Below are positions 11,533 through 23,174 of a stretch of 64,000 nucleotides of DNA, piece after piece. The notes beneath the pieces are model-generated. The model saw only the letters and a list, made by a program, of their open reading frames with translations, did not search any database and was not told the DNA's origin. The DNA is from Cladosporium halotolerans (lineage: Eukaryota), in assembly GCF_011745625.1 (NCBI RefSeq), contig NW_027191463.1, positions 558,001 to 622,000 on the forward strand, read 5' to 3'. Made by a program: the position numbers and the translations under genes. The stretch's first letter is position 1, and each line of letters opens with the position of its first letter.

Positions 11533-12540
11533 TCACAATCTCGCCTTCGCATCCACCCTCCCACCACAAACCCTCTCAAAAACCCCCACCCCCTCACTCC
11601 CCAACGCGCTCCCAACCCCTACGACCCTTGCTCCAACCGCCCGCATCCTCTCCGCCCCCTGCAAGTCTCTCACCCCGCCCACACCAATGATCTCCACGCC
11701 CCGCAACCCCTCCTCAGCATCCAGCAGCCCTCGCAGAATCCGCACATTCCCCAGCGCCAGCGCGTGCAGCGGGCTGCCCGCCAACCCGCCCGTGCCGGCG
11801 CCGGAGGCGGAGGCCAGAGCTGGGGCGCCGGGAGAGGAGGAGGGCGTTGGGGAGAGCAGCAGGGCGGAGCCGAGGGTGTTTGTGGCTGTGAGGAAGTCGA
11901 CGCAGCAGCGCGGGGCTGTGGATTTGAGCGCGGAGACGAGGGTCGTGAATTGGTCGGCGTAGGTGTAGGGGGGGATTTTGAGGCCGAGGGGGACGGGGCT
12001 GTGCGCGCGCGAGGGGGCGAGGAGGGTCAGGTAGGAGAGGAGGGAGGGGAGGGAGTAGGCGGGTGGCGGGAGGGAGGGGATGTTGGGGCAGGAGAGGTTG
12101 AGTTCGGCTGCTAGGGGGGTGGTGGGGAGGAGGGCTTGCAGGGCGGTGATTTGTTGGTAGGCTGTGAGGATGTCTTTTGGGGGGCCGGTGATGGAGATTA
12201 TGAAGGGTTTGGTGGGGTTGTGGTGGGAGGTGGTTATGGTGCGGATGGCGGTGAGGTAGTAAGAAAGAGGGTGTGGGCTGTAGCCGAGGGTGTTGAGGGT
12301 TGCGGTTTGCATGGTGGGGGAGGCGGGTTGGTTGTTTGGTTGTGAGGGCGTGTGGGTGGTGGGGTCGAAGAAGGCGAATTGGTGGATGGATGGGTCGTGG
12401 TCGAAGCCGTCTAGGAGGCTTGTGCGGGTTGTCACGGCTCCAGTGAAGGGACTGTCGTAGAGGGTTTGGAGGTCGGAGAGGGTTGTTGCCCAGGGGTTGG
12501 CGGAGTTGATGACTGGTGGGTTGATTGGTGGGAGGGGCAT
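11533..12540 (-). CDS. Class-1 dihydroorotate-dehydrogenase-like FMN enzyme, probable peroxisomal dihydrouracil oxidase
   Basis: NSANPWAT, AVTTRT, LNTLGYS, ELNLSCPN, ATNTLG, GGLAG, IIGVGGV motifs; C-terminal ARL (PTS1). Confidence 0.8.
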   Translation of the reverse strand: MPLPPINPPVINSANPWATTLSDLQTLYDSPFTGAVTTRTSLLDGFDHDPSIHQFAFFDPTTHTPSQPNNQPASPTMQTATLNTLGYSPHPLSYYLTAIRTITTSHHNPTKPFIISITGPPKDILTAYQQITALQALLPTTPLAAELNLSCPNIPSLPPPAYSLPSLLSYLTLLAPSRAHSPVPLGLKIPPYTYADQFTTLVSALKSTAPRCCVDFLTATNTLGSALLLSPTPSSSPGAPALASASGAGTGGLAGSPLHALALGNVRILRGLLDAEEGLRGVEIIGVGGVRDLQGAERMRAVGARVVGVGSALGSEGVGVFERVCGGRVDAKARL

Positions 12541-13597
12541 CTTGGAGGAAGGATATTTGATTGCGACTGAGATTGAACCGGACTATTGAAAGTGATTTTT
12601 CCTAATGGATGATAGGTGCGTGCTTGGAGGTCATGTCAAGCTACGTCTCCATGCATGATAGGTACAGAAGCATGAAGTGAGGTCTGCGATAAGCTGCCAG
12701 AGAGGTTCTGGAAGCATGCGATAACGAGCCTGAGGCGCCTTGCATTATTGCACTGCACGGCCTTACTGTATGCTTTTTGCAGAAGTGTGGTATGTCTGCT
12801 CCATTTGAGGAAATACTCCGGGATGATGATGCTACCAATTATCAAGGATCACTCTCAATGGTACAAGGCATCCTAGGTGGCAGCATTTCTTCCCTCCCAC
12901 GCCGTCAACCACCAGACGGTAAAATTGGCCGTGGTCAATCGCCGAAGCACGAGCGTGCCGGGGAAAAGTCAAAGCGCGCTCCCAGCTTGGCCCGCAGGCT
13001 GACAGTCGACCTTCGCGCTGCCGCCGGATGGCTGGCCCTGCCTCCCGCCACACCATCCGTCGAGCCTCAGTCTCCCATTCGCCGCGCGCTCTCCGCCTCC
13101 TCCACCTCCGCCCCCACTATCCGCGCGCAGTCCGTCGTCGCCCTCATGGCCTCATGGCAGCCACGCAGTGCACGCCTACGTCGGCACTCACCCGCACTCG
13201 CCTGCAATAATCACCCGCACTCTCCCCCCGGGCTGGCCTGCCGCATGCGATCAGCCCTCGGCCTTTGCTCGACTGCCCTGACCGCCCGCCCTGCTACCAG
13301 TCCACTGTCACCCAGACGCCGCAGCTATATAGACAAAATCGAAAACCCTCACGCGCCTTGGGCCATCTGCCTCCTCTCCCATCTTCATATCTACATCGAC
13401 ATCTACATCTCTACATCTCTCCCTCTGCAGCCCTTGCGTCACCCTCGCTCGCCAGTCAAAATCCAAGGATCCCCCAAACTCAATCTACTCCAAACACGAA
13501 AGGCAACGCCCGACCTCACATCCCAAGTCTCACTGTCAAACCCCGGGCCGCCCTCTGTCTCTCTCCTCTCCCATTTTACCAAACAACCACCACCAAA

Positions 13598-14365
13598 ATG
13601 TCCACCTCGCCCACCCTCCCTCCCACCCCACCAAACGAATCTCCCTCCCCGCAATCCGCCGCCGCCAAACTCTCCGCCGCCGCCATGACCACCACCGACG
13701 CCGCCATCCCGCAGCCTCCCACAGAACACCAACACATCTGGGTCATCACTGGCCCCGCCGGCTGCGGCAAGACCTCCGTCGCCGAACACCTGCACGCGAC
13801 TTTCGGAATGCCCTACTTGGAAGGCGACACTGTAAGTCCCACCTTCTTACCAGCCCCACCCTCCTCTATCCCTCCCCAAACTAACGACATAAACCAGTAC
13901 CACACCCCAACCAACATCGCCAAAATGGCCCACGGCTCCCCCCTCACCGACGCCGACCGCTGGGACTGGCTCATCCTCCTCCGCGACACCGCCATCCGCA
14001 CCCTGCTGCAACCTCTCTCCTTCCCCTCCGCCAACCCCGCCTCCCGCCCCGCAGGCGTCATCCTGACTTGCTCCGCCCTCAAGCGCAAGTACCGCGACAT
14101 CCTCCGCCTGGCCTCGCTGCAGCACCCGCACATCAAGGTGCATTTCATCTTCTTGCGCGCGACGGAGGCCCTGCTCATGGACCGCGTGCGCGCGCGCAAG
14201 AACCATTACATGAAGGATTATATGGTCCGGAGCCAGTTTGAGAGTCTGGAGGCGCCGGGCGAGGACGAGGGGGATGTTGTTGGCGTCGAGGCGGGGGGTA
14301 GCAGTGAGGTTGTGAGGGGGTTGGCGGGGGAGGTTGTGGGTGGGGTTATGGGGGTTGATGTGTGA
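13598..14365 (+). CDS. Gluconokinase (GntK/IdnK family); 2 exons
   Basis: P-loop GPAGCGKTS, YLEGD, PLTDADRWDWL, CSALKRKYRDIL, HYMKDYMVRSQFESLE; 66-nt intron at 13832-13897. Confidence 0.92.
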   Translation: MSTSPTLPPTPPNESPSPQSAAAKLSAAAMTTTDAAIPQPPTEHQHIWVITGPAGCGKTSVAEHLHATFGMPYLEGDTVSPTFLPAPPSSIPPQTNDINQYHTPTNIAKMAHGSPLTDADRWDWLILLRDTAIRTLLQPLSFPSANPASRPAGVILTCSALKRKYRDILRLASLQHPHIKVHFIFLRATEALLMDRVRARKNHYMKDYMVRSQFESLEAPGEDEGDVVGVEAGGSSEVVRGLAGEVVGGVMGVDV

Positions 14366-14819
14366 TTTGGTTTCTTGTGATTTGGTTTCATTTTTGTTTT
14401 TTGTTTTCTTTTTTTTTGTTTTCTTCTTTTTGGGTGAGGTGTTTGAGGCGCCTCGACGGATTCCTCTTTTGCTTCTTCTTCTTCTTTTTTGGGGGGTTTT
14501 TCTTTTTCTTTTTGTTGTGATACCGCCCTCTCTGTCCTCATGTCAGGACGAGTGGCGACCGAGGCAGGTTGCGTCTCGAATTGGGAAAATTGGTCAAAAC
14601 GGCTGGCTGGCTGGCTGGCTCGCAGGGAGGGAGACAGAGAGCCATCGCTTGTATGCGATATGATATATACCATACCACAGAGTAGAGAGTTAAAACCAAG
14701 CGGAGTAGACCGATCCACTCAGATCGTCCTCCATAGACTTATCATATCCCATCCCATCTTCTGCCCCTCCAAGATTTCTCTTACAGTTCGCGCGCAAGAC
14801 CTGCGCGAGGAGTAGAGCT

Positions 14820-16761
14820 CTACTCAACCCCAACCCTTTCCCTCCTCCTGCTCTCTCCACCCATCCCTTCCCCGAGATGATGACTCCCGCTCCACTCCAC
14901 CCCGCCCGAGCTCGACGCAACTATCTCCAGCGCCCGCAACACAGCCCTCTTCCTATCCAGCGCGTCGCGGTCGCTGCTCGTCCGCGCCGGGATCGCGAGC
15001 GGGCGCGGAGTCGGTTTCGTCCGTTGATGCGTCGTTCGCGTCGCGCGAGACGAAGTCGGTGTCGTTGAAGGGTACGGTTTGCGCGGAATCGAAGACGAGC
15101 GCGGTGGGATTTCAACCCCGGCAGGAGCGGTGGGGATGCTGATTCTGTGACGCGAATCAGCACCTCTCTCTTTGCTTCTTTCTTTCTTCTCTTTCCTCTG
15201 CCAAAGCGAAGGGAAGCCTCGGGCGCTCTCACCGTCCAGGCCGCACGTACCCGTCCCCTAACCTCTCCGGTCCACCTCCACCTCCACCCCCGCTCTCGCC
15301 GCTCCCGCTCGCGCTCCGCAAACCCCTCTTCCGCCTCCTCTCAACCTCCCTCTCCGCCCTCTCCACCGCCGCGCGCTTCGCCGCTTTCTCGCTCTTGCTG
15401 CTCCCGGCCACACTGGCCGGCGGCGAAGAGAGCGTCGTCGGAGCCGTGCCGGCCGTTTTGCTGGTCGTCGTGTTGGTGGCGCGGTCGTTTTCGCGCTCGG
15501 ACGTCTCGCGCGAGGGGTCTTCGGGGACGGTCGAGAGGCGGTCGGGCGTGCTGCGGGCGTGGTCGCGGAGGGTGGGGAAGGGGAGGGGCGCGGTGCTTGC
15601 GCTTGGGTTCGGGGGGGAGAGGGCGATTGTGCGGTCGATGGGGAGGGACTGGTGGGGGGCGGGAGGGAGGGGTTTGTTGGGCGCTGTGCTAGTGATGGTG
15701 GTGGTGGATGGTGGTCTATGGTTGTTGCCATTGCCGTTGCTGTTGCTGTTGTTTTTGGGGCTGGACTCATTCGACCCCCGCTTCACGATTCCGCCCAGCG
15801 CTTGCACGATGGCCGCGGCGTCGGCGAACTCGTCGTCGTCCAGGCCTTCGCTGGACGCGTAGACTTCTTTGATCGTCCGCGCGGCGAGGGCCCGCGATTG
15901 CTGGTGCTCTTTCTGGCAGTCCCAGAGGAAGGCGGCGTGCTCGAGCGTGACGGCTAGGCGGAGGGCGTGCGCGGGTTGCAGGAGCGTGGTGGCGAGGTGT
16001 TGTGTCGTTTCGAAGTGTTCGCGGGCCATGGGAACGAAATTTAGAGGTGGTAGGAGGAAGGAGGCGGCGGCTTGTGGGGAGGGGATCTTGATTGGCTTTA
16101 GGCCTGGAGGGCGAGAGGGCGTTCGTGTCGCTTCAGGTGGGAGAGGTGGAAGGGCTTCTGAGGGAGGAGGCGACATCGGCGAGGCGTATGGGTTGGTGAT
16201 GTAGGATGTTTCCGATGTCATCGAGGGAATGGGGTCTCTCAGCCCGCCCTTGCTGGACCGTCGCCGTCTTGCGCCGTTGCTTCCCTTGGAGTTGCCGGGC
16301 GATTTGCTTGATGGTCGTCCTGATTGACTGCTGTTCTGCTTGGGTGAGCGGTTGTTACTTGAGGGAGGGCTTCCCGAGGAGCTCGACCATCTCCGGGTGC
16401 CGTTCACAGGTGGGTGGTTGTGAAACAAGCAGAATACATGATAGAGCGATGCCCGCAATTTCGATGCCATTACTTGGCATTCAGCACCTTGCTCGCCATG
16501 TTCACAGTATGGCAAGATGTAGACCTCTGTGATTGAGAGACCTTCACGCGCCAGCCAAATAATTTGATGGTACAGCTGCAACGATTTCGTATCTCTGGTA
16601 ATGTCGAGCTTGCGGAGCTTCTTGGCGCGATAGAGCTTTTGTGAGAGCAGGATCGATAATCCAAGGACCTGGTACAGCGACGCTGCGAGTAGAGGGTTGT
16701 CTTTCTCGGTTTGTCCGGCCAGTCGTCCCAGAATCTTTTCCTCGATCTGTGTAATGGCCAT
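14820..16761 (-). CDS. Divergent 14-3-3-domain-like protein with disordered insert and tail
   Basis: HALRLAVTLEHAAFLWDC...ALAARTIKEVY...DDDEFADAAAIVQAL resembles 14-3-3 helices 7-9. The unspliced ORF stops at 15229; a 106-nt GT-AG intron (15250-15145) would extend it to 14820. Confidence 0.7.
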
Positions 16762-19700
16762 TGAGGGTGGTGCCTGTTTGGCGGTGGTCGTAGGATTGAA
16801 ATATCCTTAGGGTATCGCTATTAGTATTACAAACAGGCGCAGAAATGGCGATTCGCGGTCGTAACGTCGTCAGCGTATCGTGTCAGTCCCAGCCACACCG
16901 CATGCAGCAGTTCGAACCAGTCAGGTAGCGTTATCAGCCTCGAGGTAGCGATTGGTTCAGAAGAGACCAGTCCGAATATAAATCGCCTAGCTTGCGATCA
17001 AAATGATTGTCCAGATATGTACAGAGCCGTGCGATACAAGAAGTCGACGAAGAACGCTGGACCAAAAATAAGAAATCCAGACCAGGCCAGTGGACGGCAA
17101 TCCGGATGTGCAAGACAACGATGCGAACCCCGGTCCCGGTTCACAGTCGAAATAGTAACGAGCCCGACGAACGCCTCAATCCTGGTGCGAGGCTTTCTGG
17201 TCAAGCGTACCCACCGCGAGGGTCGATCGACCTGTCACGGTGGAAGCGAAGCGAGAAGTCGCTGTGATTCGCGGACTGTGGGAACAAAAGAACCAATGGC
17301 CAAGCAAAGTGGACGACGACAATGTGGCGTGGCGGGCGTGAAGCAGCCTGGGGCCCGTCACACGTGGAGGTCTGAGAGAGCAGGGAGGTGGGCGATGATG
17401 TCGAGGTGCAGGCGCATCCTATGGTGGGTTGCTTCGCTGGCGTCGTGGCTGAGGTGTGAAGTTCGCAGAGGATGCGTTCGTCGATCGCGCGGCCGGCAGC
17501 GGTGGTAGCAGGTGGACTAAGGTACTGTGGCAGTCAAGCGCTGGCCGAGGCACCGCAGCCCAATGGCTTCACTGCTGCTCCCTGAAAGAGCCGGAGGTCG
17601 CGCGCGCGTACTGGCCGGTATCGATGGTGGGCCCGAACGAAGCTAGCGAAGGATTATGCGGTGTTCACAGCAGCAGCGCTTGCCCGAGCCGTGGCTGCTG
17701 CAGTCGAATCCCTCGAATTGCTGGTCGCGTCCCGGCGCCGCGCAGAAAAGTGCAAAAGCCGAGGAGTCACCCGCGCTGGCAGCAGGGCGGCATGGTGGGT
17801 ATTGTATTGCAGATCAACACGGCGACGGCGTCAGCGGGGACACGCGACAGGTGACGGAGGGACAAGGAGAAAGCGAGGCGGCGAGACGGCGAACATGGCA
17901 GCGAGATGAAGAGGCCTGGCGCGGTGGGCGGGCGTGCGGCGCATTGGGACGATGGCCGGTGTGCAATCTACTGCGGCGGCGGAAAGGTGCATCGGTGCAT
18001 GCGCTGCATCGTAGCGCATTCTGCGTGCAGACCTGGACTCCGCTATGCTGCAGGCAGCGACGGCGTGCGACGTGGCGTGGCGCGCAAGAAGCTCGCCGCC
18101 GTCGTCGCGCCCGCTGCAAACCGCTGCCCTGCCGTGCGGAGATGACAGCGCATAGGGCAGGCCGGCCGTCCCCTCTGATGAATAGCGATCCAGTCGACTG
18201 CCTCATCGAGAGTGCGTCTGCAATAGAGCTGACGTCTGCTCTCGCGCTCTCACCCTCGCCGGCAACCCTGCCCTTCGGCGGCACTCACCCGACCGCGACC
18301 AGGATGTGGCATCAGGCGCGCGAGTCGGTGAGCTGCTGGGCAAAAGTCTGATCCGCCGCATCGGCTACGGACATGGCAGCATGCGCAGGGCCCGCCGTGT
18401 ACGGGGTATGTCGTGTGCTGGCGGCAGGCATGAGAGCACCATCCTACCACCACCACCAGCGAGCACGAGATGATGTCGAGCCTGCCAACAACGTGGTCGC
18501 ATCCAGACTTTGCGCCAAAGTGAGACAACCCCCACCTCCCCACGAGCTCGTCGAAACGTACCACACACGTGTCTGTCGTGTGCGAACCGGACTTTATATC
18601 ACATCACGCTCCTGTGAGACAGCATCACCGTCATGGCTTGCTTTTCCCACCACTGCAGGCACCGATGCGCGGCGAATGCTGCCTATTGCAGGACGCGCGC
18701 GGCAAACTCTTACGCGCTTCTCGCGCCTCCAATGGCGAAATCCTACCTGCGCCTCAAGTGCCGACTACTTCGATACACTCGCCAAATCCCGACGTGGCCG
18801 CTCGCTACTCGCCCCAGCATACTACTGCAACGACGCGGCGTGCTGCGAGTGCGATAGCCACTTTTGCCACGCCCGTCTGATCTACAGTGAGCTTGAACCG
18901 ATCCAAATGAGAGACACATTTTACAAGTAGATGAACACTTATTAATGTGCGCCGTTTCTCGCTTCGGCACTTCGCTCCGCGCATATATGCAGGTCTTGCC
19001 GGGCTATCCAGGATGCTGGAGTTCCAGCCACGCGAGGTGACACTATATTCAGGCGGTGAGGCACGTGACTTTTGTGAGTCGCGATAACTTTAATAATAAG
19101 CAGGAGCTGAGTGCAGACCCTACGATTTGTGTACGAGCATGAGCGGCCTTGTTACTTGGGATAATTCAACTCGGCGTCGGCATTCTTCTATCCGAGATAT
19201 GATACGCCACTCCAGGAGATCCCATGCCAAAATCCCCGAGCATTGGCTTATCACGGAAAACTCATGCCGCCACCATCACCCCGACTCCAAGTAACCCTTG
19301 GAATAGCGAAGATTCGGTATAGCGGAGCCAATCTCTTTATCACAACTTCCCAGCCTCCCTTCCAAACCAGGGCAACACACGACTCGCAAACAACTCTTCA
19401 CCGCTCCGTACTTCCCTTGCCTGGAACCCATCTTGCATCCTCAATCAAACATGGACACTGCCACTGTTACGCCGTCACAGCGTCAGACAAATCGCAACAC
19501 GCATTGGCAAAGACCAGGCAAACTTCTCAACATCTCTGCCTTGATACCTTACACCCAATGTTTGCATCCAGCAAATACTCGAACAAACTCGCTCTCATCC
19601 CCAGCGCCGGCTACCTGCATCGCGGCATCAATCCGACACTCCCTCCGTCGCCCGACCGGACGCTTACAGACGCGATCCCTCGTTCATCGGGGTTCGGATG

Positions 19701-20428
19701 TCGCGTTCCTTAGGTCCCGCCGGAAGGCACGGCTATGCGAGTCCTGGTGAAATCCTCTCCGAAATGTCGTTGTAGTTCGCCGGGCCGGTAGAGCCGTCGC
19801 CGGGGCAGAGTTCGCGATATCTAAGCACTTCTATCATCTATCTCTCTGCACTCGGCGAAGGCGCGAATCTTGAAAGGTAGGTCACCGAGGTCGTTTGCTT
19901 GCTTACGCTCGAAGAACCCCAACATGGGACGGCTTCTTTGCTCTTCTCCCACTCTCATTCATGGTGCAATGTGCGGCCGAAGGTAAGACAGCATGGCGAC
20001 GTTACGCCGTCCAGTCCAGGATGGAGACTTTTTGGTTGTTTGGCTATCTCGTTGAGTCGATACACAGTGCCGCGACCGGAAAATCTCCTTCCTCGCTCCT
20101 CCTCTTGCAAAATGTCGTACAATTGCTTTGTCGCTGCTGTGGCCTTGTCTGGAGCAGGCAAATACCAAATTCTTTCTCGCGCAGGGTCGGCGAGGAGAGA
20201 TAATATAAATCATAGGTAGGAGGGTCGTCGTTCAATCGCATCTCACACACCACAGCAGGTCAGATCAGATCAATCCCACCAGCAAAGAAAACAACAGCAA
20301 TACCAATCAATCCCTTGAACAAATTCCGAATCACCACACCACCATACCACCAACACCCGTACGCCCCTTCCCCTCCTCCCCTTCGATCCAACTCACTAAC
20401 CCCATCCCAAGAAGCGAAAGCCGCAACA

Positions 20429-20689
20429 ATGTGCAAATACTACGCCCACTCCCACTCCTGCGGCCACACCAAGACCGTCTTCGCCGCTTTCTGCGCCCCC
20501 GCCGCTCTAGCGCAGCGCGCTTGCCCTCGAGGCGGCGGAGGGGAAATCTGGGCGACTGTCAAGGTCGAGGCCAGGTGTGGGGGGTGTTGGGAGGAGGGGG
20601 GCGTGGATGGGGAGGAGAGGGAGAGGAGAGGTGGGAGGGGGGTTAGGGTTGGGGTTGGGAGGGGTGGGAGGGGAGGAGGAAGGAGGTGA
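20429..20689 (+). CDS. Small Cys/His-rich protein (MC..Y...SCGH type) with Arg/Gly-rich tail
   Basis: MCKYYAHSHSCGH...C...C...CGGC; good start context (GCAACAATG); same codon skew as neighbouring genes. Confidence 0.65.
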   Translation: MCKYYAHSHSCGHTKTVFAAFCAPAALAQRACPRGGGGEIWATVKVEARCGGCWEEGGVDGEERERRGGRGVRVGVGRGGRGGGRR

Positions 20690-22278
20690 AGTTCGATGGG
20701 GGGTGAGGGGTGAGGGGCGGTGGCTTTGCTTGCTTCTGGTTTTGTTCTCTTTTACGACATCTTAGCGATTCGTTGCATGGAATTTCATGTGTTTAGCGAT
20801 AGGGATGGGGTATAGAGGAGTTTTCCGATTCGCTAGATGATTTGGTCTGTCATCGAACCGCTTGCATCTTCGGCTGTCGCATTATAGGGGAAACTTGTGA
20901 AAGCGCAGGGCGGAGTGCAGGCATCACGTGCCCCCAATAGATTGTAAGCCTTACGGATCGGCTTTGAGTGTGGCAGTGTTCGTCTGGGAGGCGCAATTGT
21001 GATCTTGCTGCATATGAGGACATCGATAACCGGCATGAATGGATGGGGTCGTAGCTTTGGATGGATGACTTGAACTGAAAATGGGCCATGAGCAGCATCG
21101 CAACCCTTTCGGTCGACGCACTACATTGGGAATATTGGCAGAGTACTACTGAGCACGGCATATTCTCTGTATGCAATGAAGCAAAGCATCACTTCACGTA
21201 TACAAGCGACGAAACTGTGGTCAGTGGAAGTACGGATTACCCCAACCCTAACCCTACGATATAGGGTAGAACTTTCAGCAGCTCGGCTAAGAATCGGACG
21301 GACGGGCTCGCAACCCTCCTGATAAAGCAAAGACAAAACCCTCGCGGATCCTCGAGCAGAGGCCGATCCCGAGCTCCGAGTGGGCATGCATGCACTGCCT
21401 ACTCGCCTCTGATAACCTGAGGCGCAATTAACCTACAGCCTGTATTTTTCTCTGAAACTCTACCAATCTCCCCAAAAAGGCTCGAAGCATAACTCCCGCC
21501 CAGGCTTTCCAAGCAAGCCCAAGCATTCCGCCGGGCGTGCTTTTCTGCCCTCCGTTGCCAGAGCATCGAGGCTTGCAGGCCAAGAAGTGCACGACCGGAA
21601 TGGCGATGGCGATGGCCGACTACTGGTCATCGATCGTTGCACGACCGGCTGCTTGGCGCATACTGGAGAGCCCACGCGCTGCTGTTGCGTGACGGACTGG
21701 TTGCCGCTGGCGTCAGTGAGTGACATTTCGAGGTGGATCTGTGCTTTGTGAGCAGAGATAGGGAGAATTGTTGATGGCTCGCAAAGGTCTTGATGACGGG
21801 AGACCGGGGTGTTTCACGAGCGAGGGTTCTTCGAATGTTCGCATCGTATATACGTGTGAGCAAATACGAACAAGCGGCCGTCGTTTGACGTCGACGGTGT
21901 TCATACTCCAGAGCAGCAGGTTCCCCTTTCCACCTACCGACGGTCGGACGCAACCGTTTGTTGGCCGTGCTCTATCCACATAAAAGTGTCCCCAGTCGAA
22001 TGGCGGGCGCTAATTGATCAAGCCCGCGGCAGCCAAGCACGGCCGCTTGTTTCAAGGGTTAGACGTTGCAGCGATGACAGACGAGATTGCAGCGCATCCC
22101 ATGTGTTTGATGAGCGTTGCTGTGATTGCTCGCGGCCAGAAATGCCAGCCGCCCGGCGCATGTTGATCTCACAGGCCACTCTCGCACGCCTCACTGTCTC
22201 TCGGCGCCAGGCGGGAGCCATGAACACCATCGATGCCAGTTTGACAAACCGCGATGCGCGATATAAGGTTGCCGCAAT

Positions 22279-22715
22279 GGGGCTGTGTAAAGGCTTGGCC
22301 TTCTCGTCTAGAACCTAGCATCCGCCTCTCTACACTCTGTGCTCGCCGGTGCAACTGACGATTCCGCACATCTTGCACATCTTCTTTCGCGCCTGTGCTC
22401 CGTTGTTGACCTTCGGATCGAGTCCCATTTCGCTCGCGCGACTCGTCTTGCTGCGCGGTCCTGACTCCCGTGGGCACCCCGGTCCTGCGCCTCCCGACTT
22501 GTTGATATCGAGGGGAAGCTCCCTACAAGCTCGACCACGCAGCCCATACGGTGTCGCCACATATCGCTGCGCGCATTTCCAACGCATTCACCGCGCCGCT
22601 CCTCCGATTCGTGACTGCGACGTAGTGCTGGCGTTGGGCAGATCCCCACTCCTTCACTGCTGACACCGTTCGCCAGCGACTCGGCCAAGCGCGGGCACTA
22701 TCAGTGCACAGCCTC
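22279..22715. promoter_or_regulatory. Putative Crz1/CrzA calcineurin-response elements upstream of PMC1
   Basis: GGGGCTGTG at 22279-22287 and CACAGCCTC at 22707-22715 match the CDRE consensus; PMC1 orthologues are known Crz1 targets. Confidence 0.5.
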
Positions 22716-23174
22716 AAATAGCTTTAGCGACATCAAGGACTCAAGGCTTACCAAACCCCGGGCAAATTGCAGCACGACACCACCGTTGCCTCTCTGACGA
22801 AACCTCCTATACGTCTTGCTCTGCCACTGCCGCTTTCTGGGGAAGCGCGAGAGTCGGACTGCTCGCCACCAGCACAGCCTGCCGCAGCTGAACTGGACTC
22901 GTACTTTCTCTGGCCATTCACCTCGGATTCGCTGGGATCGGCCTTTCCGTGTTTGCTGCCTGCGATCTGACGACGACATTCGTTACTCCGCCTTGTCATT
23001 TTTTCAGGCGAAGGCAAATCTCGCAGTATTGCTGACAGGCCTCCCATCAGCATTCCCTCTTCAGCTCCCTGGTGACACATATGGACCTGCGTTCTCGTAC
23101 TCCTTGACAGCTCAGGCATACCGAAAGCCTCCTTGCTTACGCATACCCACGGTTGATCGCACGATTCAGCCATA

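Noticed and set aside
17000..20250. Many overlapping short ORFs, including one from 19451 to 19750 with a good start context
   Set aside because: No domain, no codon bias and no convincing splice model; treated as intergenic.
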